Source: Eledone cirrhosa
Taxonomy: Eukaryota
Direction: 5' to 3'
Assembly (NCBI GenBank): GCA_964016885.1
Contig: OZ024742.1
Span: 203,546,001-203,610,000, forward strand
Length of the DNA: 64,000 bases
The notes beneath the pieces are model-generated. The model made no database searches. It was not told the DNA's origin and saw only the letters and a list, made by a program, of their open reading frames with translations. The stretch's first letter is position 1. Each line of letters starts with the position of its first letter. Made by a program: the position numbers and the translations under genes. Of the stretch, positions 51,783-64,000 are shown piece after piece.

Positions 51783-52330
51783 CAAACATATTCATATTTC
51801 AACACATACACCATATATATATATATTTATACAAAAACATGCAGACATCCGTGTGTGCGGGCGCGGAACACCAAGACAGAGTTGTATATATGTGCATACG
51901 ATCTTTTGAATAATGTAATAGCATTGAAATATTATCAGAATTATTTTTCAGGCAATCTCACACCAAACGGGAATTAAACGAAATATACATACATCTATCT
52001 AATATGTATTAATGGTACATTTCTTTTTAATGTATTACATCAAACCATCAAATCATCGTAACTAATAGTAAAATGTAGTTGCGGTCATGTTTTTTTCTTT
52101 TTCATCGGGTTACTTTCTTAGATTCAAAAATCGATATCTGTTGAATGTTCTTCGTACACCAATGTACGAGCATGTGTGTATATGTGTAAATGTAAATATG
52201 TATATATATATGTGTGTGTGTGTGCGCGCGCGTGCGTGTGTGTGTGTATGTTTACACGCACACACACTTATATATATATATGTAAACATATAGAGGCACA
52301 TGTATGTATGTATAAATATATATATATATA

Positions 52331-52422
52331 ATTGTTTCTACTTTTGGCACAAGGCCAGCAATTACCCAGTGTATTACTGATACTTTATTCTATCGACCCC
52401 GTACGGATGAAAGGCAAAGTTA
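52331..52422 (-). mobile_element. 3' half of the 2936-type SINE
   Basis: tttctacttttggcacaaggccagcaattacccagt..tcgacccc. Confidence 0.75.
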
Positions 52423-52462
52423 ATATATATATATATATAATGATCTATATATATATATATAT

Positions 52463-52870
52463 AATTGGTGTTGCGTGCTTAAAGCGTCCGTATTCGGTAG
52501 GCCGTATGAGCACACGGTGCTCTCATAGAGCTGAGTATGATATCACAGAAAAAAAGAGAATAATTGCTGCGAGGAATGGAATTTATTGGACATATTACAA
52601 TCGTTTCTCTGGCGACCAGCTCGAAGCACCTTCAATGTGATGATCGAACCTGACTCTGAAAATACGCAAGGTCCTCAGATACGTCTTGATTCTACGAAGT
52701 ATTGGGAATATCTGCTTCGTAGATTCAAGACGTATGTGAAGACCTTGCGATTTTCAGAGTCAGTTTCGATCATCACATTGATCGTGCCTCGAGCTGGTCT
52801 CCAGAGAAACGATTGTAATATGTCCAATAAATTCCATTCGTCGCAACACATATTCTCTTTTTTCTGTGAT
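52463..52870. mobile_element. Older fold-back insert with hammerhead 52589-52685 (-); mirror copy has a C3G change
   Basis: Arms ~52539-52700 and ~52713-52870; GACGUAU-CUGAGGA-C-CUUGCG..CGCCAG-A-GAAAC-GAUU-GUA^AUAUGUC. Confidence 0.8.
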
Positions 52871-53067
52871 ATATATATATATATATATAGTTGTTATATA
52901 GTAAAGTGCATTATTGGTTGTGTAAAATAGTCCAATAACTTTATGTTAGCAGTATTAAGTTCTCCACGCTTTTGTATATCTCCAATTCCATTCGAGGGAA
53001 CAGCGAGATGATGTAAAACGGAGTATAAGTATCAAAATGAAAATCCGAAGGCAAGATAAAATTCCAA

Positions 53068-53155
53068 TCATTTAATCACGACACATGTTTCAATAAGAGA
53101 TAGATCGATTGTGAAGCCATGATCGATTATCACTGATCTCATCAGGTGAAAATGA
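53068..53155 (-). ncRNA. Type I hammerhead with extended stem II
   Basis: UCAUUUUCAC-CUGAUGA-GAUCAGUGAUAAUCGAU..AUCGAUCUAUCUCUUAUU-GAAAC-AUGU-GUC^GUGAUUAAAUGA. Confidence 0.75.
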
Positions 53156-53280
53156 ATTGTCTTCAAATCCTTGATATGAGGGAGAAAAAATAACGATGTT
53201 CTCTCACAGAATTCATTCCCTCATATGGAGACACACCAGTCAGTCAGAGACACGGCGACTGCTATTAGCTTTAGTTGAGG

Positions 53281-53335
<55 letters not shown>

Positions 53336-54608
53336 AGCGCGAGTGCGCGCGAGTATGTTCAGTTCAGTGTGTTCTGCTATACGTGTATAGATCTAATTGT
53401 AACATCCATATCTTCAAGTGTGTGTTATGGTATATACACATCCGAATTGTCCAAAAAAATGGGGGGGGGGTATGTCCGGGTATATACACATCCATGTGAA
53501 GAGCAAGCAATCAGCTCATGTCGAAATCCTTGTGTACCGCTGTCCCGTTGAGAATCCGTGTCACCAAATCCGTGCGTGCAAGCAACTGCAATGTGGGCCG
53601 GCAAAGGGCTCCGTGTAGGGTTGGGCATTGGGTAAATGCGTCCGCAAGTGCGATTTCCCGTCACATAGGCCAATGAGCTTTTAAGATAGTTGTTTGAGTG
53701 GTGGAGGTGTGTTATCCAACACAGAAGGTAAAGAAAGAAAACACAGGACAGTAAAATCCAAAGGATGTGCGTAGGCCCATTAATGGTGTGTCAGTATTAT
53801 TGTTCAATCCGTAACAGTGAGTCCTCCATGGTTAGATGATCACGCATCAAAACCTGGTGTAGTGTTCAGTCGGTAGGAACGTGACAGTCGTAAATGTGGG
53901 AGCTCAATGTCTAGAGGAAACGGGTACTGTGTGTAGAGCTATGTATAGAGAGCGTAATCGGTCCTAACTAAGGGTGTAATCAATCTAACTATTTACTAGC
54001 TAGGTATTCTAAAAGAGAGCACTCAGCTGTGAGAACTCCGTGGAAACAGGCCGAGTATCATTTGCAAGTACGCAAACAATCTTAGCCGTATAACTACCTA
54101 AGTGTGTGACTATCTGTTTATTGAGAGAACTCTATGGCTAAAGTAGAGAGGGAGGAGTTATTGGTAGGTTACCTTCCAAAAATCCTGCGGAAGGTTTTCG
54201 AGGTTCTATGTTGACAGTTGCTGAAAAAATCTGCTGTTCTATTAATTAATAGGTGGGCGCCTCTAATAATATTAAAAGTTCCAGCTATACATAAATTGCA
54301 GACGCCAGTGCTGCAGTTATAAGGTTAGGCTGAGCAAACTATGGACAAGGAGTGCTCTATATTCTGATGTTTAAGCTTCCAGACTAATTCCGAAAGTGTT
54401 GTGCTATTTTTTTATTTAATCTATTAAAGATATGGCGCTGATTATACCATCTATCCTTAAATTCCGTGGCAGTTGCCCCAACATACCTACGGATTTTCAT
54501 TTTGATATATATATATATCTAGCTCCTATTCCCGTAGTAGAGCACTTTCCGACACTACCACGCCGTATCCAGACTTTTCCGCTAAGCTCAAGTTCTTTCA
54601 CCCGCACC

Positions 54609-56828
54609 ATGCGAAAACACAACATCGACTTCTCCACCAAGAACATCCCAGTTCCACCGAGAAAACTTTACCTTCGGATGCTCACGCAAAAAATCGACCT
54701 TTTTGCGAAAAGACTTAGATGGAGAACTTTTTTCTACGACAGATATTGCGACAATCAGGACTTCGATACCAAGGAGAGATTCGGATTTAATACCTACAAA
54801 TCCCCCCCCCCGAACCCTATGTCCTCACTCTTCGAGAATGACCTTTTCCAACTGGTCAAGAGCATTAAATTCAAACCCAGACACAACAGATTCCTACAAA
54901 AACTCCGTAGCAACTTAACAGAGTATGATAACACCAATGACATCATGGTGCACTCAGATAAAACTGGTAACCTCTACTTCGTCAACCCTGACAGATACCA
55001 CACACTTATCAGGAGCAGCCTAAATTCCACCTATAAAAAGGCTAACCACTCATGCATCGAGGACATAAATCGGGATGGACAACAAATTACCTCCAGCCTC
55101 GGAGTCGCCGACCGCACGGAACCCCTAGACCCACGAACTCTCTACTTCACACTGAAGGACCACAAATCCGATTTCGAATGTAAACCATCTAGCAGGCTTA
55201 TAAACCCAACGAAGTCTGACATAGAGAGAATCAGTTTAAAAAATCCTAGACCGCGTTATACCAAAAGTTAAGCAAAACGCCAGACTTAGCCTATGGGTCA
55301 ACACTCAGGAAGTAATCTCATGGTTCAGCAATATGGAGGACAAACGGGACAAAAAATTCATCCAGTTTGACATAGAGAGTTACTATGCTTCAATTACCTT
55401 ACCACTCCTTACGGCCGCCTTGGACTTTGCCGAGATACCTGCGCCCATCACCGACCAAGGAAAGAAATATCATCCTCCACGCCAGGAAGACAGTCCTACT
55501 TTTCGACAACTCCAAATGGATAAAGAGAGCTCCCGACTCCCCCTTCGACGTCAGTAAGGGCGCGACGGATTCGGCCGAGGTCATAGATCTTATAGGATTA
55601 TTCCTACTAGTTAAACTCAGCCATATGTTTCCTGCATTCGGCGGTGGATTGTACCGTGATGATGGGCTCCTTAATCTGAAAGAGTACAACTCCAGTAGTA
55701 CAGACCGCGTCCGTAAACAATTAATCAGCTTCTTCCGCGTCTGGGGATTTAAAATAACCCTACAAACGTCCCTAACCCGAGTAAACTTCCTGGACGTTAC
55801 CCTTGACCTCGATAATGATCTGTACTACCCATAGGAAACCAAACGGTAACCAGCACTACATCCACTGCCGGTCAAACCATCCTAGAAACATCACCAATAA
55901 CCTGTTTAAAAACATCTCCCTCCGCATATCTCGTTTGTCCGCTAATGAGCAGATATTCGAGAAACATGAGCCTTATTACAACCAGGCCCTCAGGCGGAGT
56001 GGCTTCCGGGAGGAAATATCCTACTGTCCAGCTTTCATTAGCGGAACCAGCAGGCGACACCGCCGCTCACACATTGTAACATGGTTCAATCCTCCCCACA
56101 ACGCCGAGGTGACAACACCTATCGGGAAAATCTTCTTTAGGCTCATCGAAAAACACTTCCCGCTACAACACCGCTACCACAACATAATCAACAAAAATAC
56201 CACCAAACTCTCCTACAGCACCACACCTAACTTTGCACAAAACATCATCTCCTCTAACAACAGAAAACTCAACCCCTATGGAAGAAATAACCTAGATAGC
56301 AGTGGAGAGCCGACCAGGAGGTGTAACTGTCCTGTTGGATCCATTTTCCCCCTCGACAACAGATGCAGAGATTGTAATGTGATCTACCAGTGCAAAGTGA
56401 GGACGGACACCTCCAACAAAGCTTATATAGGATTAACCGCTTGTGACTTCAAGACCCGGCTATACCAACACAGACATGCTTTCCGAAACCCGGCCCGGCG
56501 TCACGCCACTACACTTTCGGGCCACATCTGGGACCTCCAAGATAATAATATAACCTATAATCTCACTTGGAGCTTACTGTCCAGAGCCAACTCTTACACG
56601 GGAGGACGTCGTCCGTGTAACTTATGCTCGGAGGAAACATTACAAATGTTGTTTTCGACGGACCAACTCCTAAACAAGAAAGACGAACTGGTAACTGCAT
56701 GCAAACAGAGATTGCGTAGGACTTACCTCACCCTCAAACTCCATAATGACCCGGGGGAGGCGGTAGAGAAGGGCTGTACCACCCCACTTGCCGACTTTGT
56801 AATGGGTAACCCCTGCTTACAAAGGTAG
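54609..56828 (+). pseudogene. PLE polyprotein (RT + GIY-YIG) with three frameshifts (~55240, ~55460, ~55830)
   Basis: FSTKNIP, KRLRWR, SDKTGN, TLKDHK, RLINP, QFDIESYY, FDVSKGATDSAEV, GLYRDDGL, NFLDVTL, CNC..FPLDNRC, VIYQC..YIGLT..FKTRLYQH, CNLC. Confidence 0.92.
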
Positions 56829-57145
56829 ACGTAAGATTTTCTTATATATTTTTTATCGTCTTCTCTATATTTCCTCATTCCCCCATCCCTTCCTAATCCT
56901 TCCACCCCAGTTCTCCTTCTTTGTCGTCGTTCTTTCCACCTTCTCGCCCACCCCGAGGCAGCCCTTCGGTCCTCCGTAGCCTCAGTACCCCCACCCCCCA
57001 TTCTATGATAGAATTGGCCGACTCCGCTTTTTATAGCAGATGTGCTAGACCCCAGATACTTGCTTTCTTATCTGATTGCTGCCCCATTTCCGTGATTTCT
57101 AGATTTCTTAGTGGTATCTCTGCTTTAGTTTCTCGTATATCAGAA

Positions 57146-57176
<31 letters not shown>

Positions 57177-57363
57177 GGGGGGGGGGGGGGAATTGATTTT
57201 TGTATTAATTTTTTCTTATATATCGTAGAGCATTTATGTAGTTTGCATTAGAATTTATGTAGTGTAGCGGTACTCTTATATATCGTATTAGTATTCATTT
57301 TCGGGATTCTGAATTAATATTTCGTATTAGTTTCGGGAATCTGAATTATTATTTCGTATTAGG

Positions 57364-57394
<31 letters not shown>

Positions 57395-57867
57395 TTTGGC
57401 CCCCTACTTGTTGACCTGTCATTGTAAGATAGATTAGGTCGAGTACTACTGACTAATAACATCCTTTCACTACAATCTCGTATTTAGTATCCCGCCCCAC
57501 CTATTAAACTTTTCTATAGTTTAGCAGTACCAGTGAGAGATTTGATGATTGTGGTAGGGGAATAGTAACCAGAAATTGTGTTTATTTATATTTTTAACAT
57601 TCTTATTTTTCTATATAGATTTACTCCATATAGATCTACTTATTGTTTCGACTTCCTCCCTCCCCCTCCCCCTCTTGACCTCTTATCCTTAGGATTCTGC
57701 TGTAGTCGTCACTTTCAACGCACGACTGCGTTTCCTCTCCCTCTTTCTTCTACTGGCAAGTTCAGCTACCCCTTCCTTCCACAAAATGCAATGATAGAAT
57801 TATGTGTCTCAACAACAAACTTTTGACCAATCTTTGTGACAATCACTTTTACCATATATGGAATATT

Positions 57868-57963
57868 ACCCCCTGAGAAGCTCGGCTATTCATTTACCAG
57901 GATAAAAATGTTCATTTAGTCCAGAATTAGCCGTCGAAACGGCTTGAGCTCAGCCGTCGGGGT
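57868..57963 (+). ncRNA. Hammerhead of the 47270 family, here with a C3/A8 mismatch
   Basis: ACCCC-CUGAGAA-GCUCGGCUA..UAGCCGUC-GAAA-CGGCU-UGAGCUC-AGCCG-UC^GGGGU. Confidence 0.75.
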
Positions 57964-58054
57964 CCTACTCGTTCCTATTACCCACTCTACTACCCTAAGT
58001 ATTGAGTAATTTGGTGCGTTATGGTCCATCTGGTTCCTTACCACATTTCCTTCG

Positions 58055-58157
<103 letters not shown>

Positions 58158-58169
58158 TTATTATATATA

Positions 58170-58321
58170 TCATTATTTCTGAAGACGGCGTATATATGTG
58201 TTGGTATGTATATTTAATCTTGATAGTTTGTATAATTTTGTATAATTTTGTACATAGATCTGTTGAATATGCATGCCAATTCTAACACATATATATCCTA
58301 GAAACGATCGTTAAATAATGA
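58170..58321 (+). ncRNA. Type I hammerhead with 115-nt stem II hairpin
   Basis: UCAUUAUUU-CUGAAGA-CGGCGUAUAUAUGUGUUGG..CUAACACAUAUAUAUCCUA-GAAA-CGAUCG-UU^AAAUAAUGA. Confidence 0.8.
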
Positions 58322-58395
58322 ACTTTTTTTGTTTAATATAAGGAATTGTTTATTCATTATTTGTTTAATATTTTATATATATATATATATATATT

Positions 58396-59012
<617 letters not shown>

Positions 59013-59255
59013 TGTGTGTGTATATGGAACTTTTTCCATTGCTCATAATTTGAAATTGACCGGGTGTTAGTTCCCTTTGGAGAAACATGTGCCCTCACAA
59101 CTGGACTGGAGTCAGAACGGAAGCCTGTTGAGAAAGTAAATCCACTGTTCGATCTTCCAGAACTTGCATACACCGCAAGCGGATTTTGTGGATTTCGGAT
59201 TTACAGAAACCTAACTGAGATATTGCTAAATATCGAAGTGATGGTCCAGGTTTGC

Positions 59256-59359
<104 letters not shown>

Positions 59360-59717
59360 TGTGTATGTATATGTATGTATTTTTTCTCGCGAGTCAGTTC
59401 TTTCGTTGCTACGATACCCGCGGCTGAATTACCGGTCGCTATCTTCAATTTGCAAAGCCCGTTAAACTGTATGTTATTACTCTAAGGTTTTATACCTTAT
59501 CGAGTGCTTGGCTGCACTTCTCAATGCATTCGAGCTTCGAATATGCTGTACTTCCATTTGTATATATATATATATATAACGGTTAAGATGGCACTCATGG
59601 TTTAGAAATTACGTAGTCAACCGTTCGGAAATCACTTGCATCGCTTTTTAATTCACTGACGAGTTTACTCCTTACTTTACCAGTGAGTTTCAGTGTACTT
59701 CGTCCTGCTTTTAGGTC

Positions 59718-62700
59718 ATGCCTCGAAGGAAGAGATACTCCATTGGCCGAAAAACTGCGAAAGCAGCAACAAGGTCAGAGCGAGCAAACGAATCGTCAGT
59801 GTAATCTGCTATTCGACTGTCGCAAGATGCTAAACGTGTTGCCACCAGAAGAGCACTTGAAACAGACAACCAACGAACCATTCGCCGAACCGCTAATGCC
59901 GCATCAACTTCTGTTGCACGAGCTGCTGAGACGGAAGACCAGCGTAAAAGACGTCGGAGTACGGATGAGTGAATACTGCTTCTGCGCGAGCTGCACAGAA
60001 CTCGCAAGAACGAGACATTCGACTACAATGTAATGCTCAACGAAGGGCCTTTGGGCAGGTTATTACAATGTAATGCTCAACGATGGTCCTTAAAAGCATT
60101 CGAGTACAACCCTGACTTTGATTACAGTGGCCATCCAGACATACGAATTGGGAGTATGTCAAAGACGTGCTCTTTCTGCAATGCAAAAAAGTGGCCCGGA
60201 GAAATACATGACTTGTGTTGCGCAAATGGAAAAGTAAAATTACGTCCCTTGGAGGATCCACCACAACAGTTGAAGCTCCTATATTCAGGCAGTACTGCGG
60301 AGTCACGGCATTTCCTGACTTACATCCGAAGGTATAACTGTGCTTTCCAAATGATATCTTTCGGGGCGAACATTGGCAAGGAAGGCGGATTTATGCCCAC
60401 ATTTAAGGTGCAAGGTCAGGTGTACCATAGAATGGGATTCCTCCAACCTGCCGCCAATCAACAACCTCAATTTCTTCAGCTGTACTTCGTTGGGAATGTC
60501 AACGAGCAAGCAGCCATGAGGAACTCCATTTTACCTGGTACAAACGTCGAGCTTATAAGGAAACTGCAAGACATTCTGCACACAACAAACAGCTATGTCA
60601 TTAGCTTCAAGTATGCCTTGGAAGCAGATACCACAGCCAATTTTAATGTGGTAATTGATGCCTCAAAAATGCCATCTGGGGAGAGCATCCGGTATAATTA
60701 TCCTGCATGCAATGAAATCGGTGTGCTTATGCATGGGGGTCAGCATAATCCACGAGACATTGTCCTCAAGCGTCGAAATAGCACTCTTCAGCGAATCAGC
60801 GAAAAACATAGGTCTTACGATGCGCTCCAGTATCCATTTCTCTTTGTAAATTGTGATGACGGCTATCAGTACGGAATTCACCAGCATAATCCAGTAAACC
60901 CTCAACACTCCGTCAAAAAAACATTTTTATGCATGGATTTCTACACCTACCGCTTCATGGTTCGCCACGATTCCTTCAATCACCTGCACCAGTCAAGAGA
61001 CCTGCTTCAGTAATTCGCCGTTGATATGTGCGCAAAATGGAATCGGAGAGACTGTGTTTCATCCGGTCACACCAAAGGCAACTGCAGTACGAGAGCTACA
61101 TCCATCTCCGAGATGCCATCAACAATGACGCAGCTCCCAGCAGCGTAGGAAAAATCCGCATTCTCCCCTCCATCTTCACCGGAAGTCCGCACTACATACA
61201 CGAGAGAACGCAGGATGCTATGACCTACATACGGCATTACGGTAGGCCCGATCTGTTCATCACATTCACTTGCAATCCAAAGTGGAAGGAGATCGGGGCA
61301 GAACTGTTCCAAGAGCAACAGGCCAAAGACAGTCATGACCTCCTGGCCCGAGTCTTTCGGCTGAAGCTTACCAATCTTATGAAGCTCATTATGAGAGGGC
61401 AAGTCTTTGGCCCAGTAAAGTGCGACATGTACACCGTAGAGTGACAGAAGAGGGGCCTACCGCACGCCCACATCCTCATTTGGCTGTCAACAAAAATATC
61501 TTCAAATGACATTGACAGCATCATCTCCGCAGAGTTTCCCGATCCGTCTATAGACAAAGACCTCTATGACATAGTGAAGACAAACATGGTCCATGGTTCA
61601 TGTGGGGGGGGGGGGGTTCAATTTAAGCTCACCCTGCTTGAACGACAATGTCTGCAGCAAAATATTTCCCCGAAAGTTCCTCCAAGAAACCCAGACTGGC
61701 GTTGACGGATACCTACTGTACAGGCGACGCCAGCCCAGAGACGGTGGTTTTACAGCACGAGGTCGACAACAGATGGATAGTGCCATACTGCCCATTTCTT
61801 TCCAAGACCTTCGGTGCTCACATCAATGTCGAGTTCTGTAATTCCGTCAAGTCAATCAAGTACATATGTAAATATGTGAATAAGGGTTCAGACGCTTCCA
61901 TGTTCGGTCTCCGACAGGACAACAGCCGTATTGAGGTCACGCAATACCAAGTTGACCGTTACATCAGCAACAACGAGGCTTTCTGGCGTATTTTCGGCTT
62001 CCCTATACACCAAAGGCGCCCTGCAATTGAACAGCTCGTAGTCCACCTGGAGAACGGTCAAAGGGTGTATTTCACTGACGTTAATGCTGGTCAAATGGTG
62101 GAGGAACCACGGGAAACCACCCTCACTGCATTCTTCAAACTTTGTCAGGCCGATTCATTTGCTCAAACCCTGCTGTATCCTCAGGTGTCGTCCTATTACA
62201 CATGGAATAAACAACAATGGGTTCGCAGAAAGGCAGGTCAGCCTGTTGATGGACATCCTGGCATAAAGTTTGACAGTTGCCTAGGGAGAGTTTACACAGT
62301 GCACCCGAACCAGCATGAGTGCTTCTAGCTCCGTCTTCTGCTACATGAGGTAAGAGGACCCCCAGTCCTTTCATGACCTTAGAACTACCGACGGTTCCAT
62401 GTGCAGCACTTACAGGGAAGCTTCAAGCGCGGCCTGCTAGAAGACGGTGTGCAGTGGGATGCCACTTTATTCGAAGCTGTTGCATCTCAATCGCCTATGC
62501 GCCAACGAGCTCTATTTGCAGTGCTGCTGCAACTTGTGAACTGAGTAATCCTATCTCTGTGTGGCTCAAGTATAAAGATGACTTATCTGAGGACTACAAA
62601 CGTCAGGCGCAAGTGCAATACCCTGAGATGGAACGTACCAGCGACGAGATCTTCAATCTAGCATTGATTGACATAGAGGATAGAGTTGCATCACTCGGCG

Positions 62701-64000
62701 AAAATTATTTGCCCTCATATGGTCTGCCCCAAACAATCCGTACAGGGGCAAACGTACTTCCTACAGCTCTTATCCGAGAAACGTCCTACGACGTCGATGC
62801 TCTTACCAAGTACGTCCTTGAAACTGAACCACAACTTCTTCCAGACCAGCGTCATGCTTACACCATTGTTGCCGAACATGTGCGCCACAGAAAAGTAGGT
62901 ATGTTCTTTCTGAATGCTCCTGCAGAGACGGGAAAAACATTTTTAACGAGACTCCTCCTTGCAAAAGTCAGGATGCACAAGGACATTGCGGTTGCTGTTG
63001 CCTCTTCTGGAATTGCTGCGACTTTGTTGCCCGGTGGCAGGACCGCACACTCCAGTTTTAAATTGCCCCTCAATTTAACAACGTCAGAAACGCCTACTTG
63101 CAGCATCAGCAAGACCTCCGACCAGGGCCAAGTCCTAAAACGATGTCAGCTCATTGTGTGAGATGAGTGCACCATGGCCCATAAGAGAACTCTGGACGCA
63201 TTAAACAGAGCTCTAAAGGACATCAGAGGTGCCAGGCTCCCATGGGAGGTGTTACGCTTCTGCTTTCGGGTTACTTCAGGCAGACTCTTCCCGTCATTGC
63301 CAAAGGCGCAAGAGCAGATGAGGTCCAAGCATGCCTAAAGTCTTCTCCTCTGTGGCGCCATGTCAGGACACTGATTCTTACAACTAACATGAGTGTTCAA
63401 TTACATGGCGACCGCGAAATTTGCACAGGACATTTTGAAACATGGCGACGGCAAAATACCTCTGGACGCTGCAGGAGAGCTGGAAGTGTGGCCATTTTCG
63501 ACCTCAATTAATTCTGTGGGGGAGCTGAAAGACAAAGTGTTTCCAGATTTGAGAGACAATTACCAGAACCACGCATGGTTGTGTGAAAGAGCAGTGCTAG
63601 CTCCAAAAAACGTCGCTCTTAACAAAACCAACGACCAACTACTGCACTCCCTTCCTGGTGTTCTTCACACTTACAAATCTGTTGACACGATGCCAGATCC
63701 CAATGAAGTGGTGAACTTTCCGCCAGAGTTCCTCAATTCTTTGGAGGACTACCGCTTCACATGCTTCTCCTTAAAGTTGGCACCCCTGTAATTCTTCTGC
63801 GGGTTTGGAACCAACAAGACTGTGCAACGGGACACGGCTGGCTGTAAATAAATTGATGGCACATGTAATCGAGGCAACAATCCTTTCTGGATGCGGAAAA
63901 GGTGATGATGTCTTCATTCCGAGAATTCCTCTCATTCCCTCGGGAGCAGAAATTCCGTTCACCTTCCGAAGACTCCAATTTCCGCTTCGGGTCAGTTTTG
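59718..64000 (+). pseudogene. Helitron Rep/PIF1-like helicase pseudogene (runs off the window end)
   Basis: MPRRKR start; CSFCNAKKW..LCCANGKV; FKVQGQVYH; PDLFITFTCNPKW; HUH motif VE*QKRGLPHAHILIWL; KYICKYVNKG; Walker A APAETGKTF; VASSGIAATLLPGGRTAHSSFKLP; LCNGTRL; many stops and frameshifts. Confidence 0.93.

Overview
Repeat-saturated, AT-rich animal genomic DNA with no recognisable host gene. The tRNA-derived SINEs and (TA)n/(GT)n load resemble Octopus/cephalopod DNA (inference). Recognisable relics: a CR1/L2-like LINE, two RTE-type LINEs, a hAT transposase pseudogene, a hAT MITE, a decayed Helitron Rep/helicase, two non-autonomous Helitrons and several Penelope-like elements (PLEs) with Naiad-type motifs. 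The main unannotated signal is a dense self-cleaving-RNA retroelement system: I folded by eye about 30 type-I hammerhead ribozyme (HHR) motifs from more than a dozen sequence families. Almost all sit in small inserts inside (TA)n tracts, many built as head-to-head fold-backs. The centrepiece is a 4.75-kb array of near-identical 467-bp non-coding units (4 units, an inversion, 6 units) with one HHR per unit, i.e. a retrozyme-like element predicted to yield 467-nt monomer/circular RNAs. A diverged 434-bp sister family shows covarying helices and a shared octamer motif. Three families clearly, and a fourth possibly, use a non-canonical U3-A8 core (UUGANAA) that CUGANGA searches miss. All folds are manual and none is experimentally verified. 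In the motifs below, ^ marks the predicted cleavage site.
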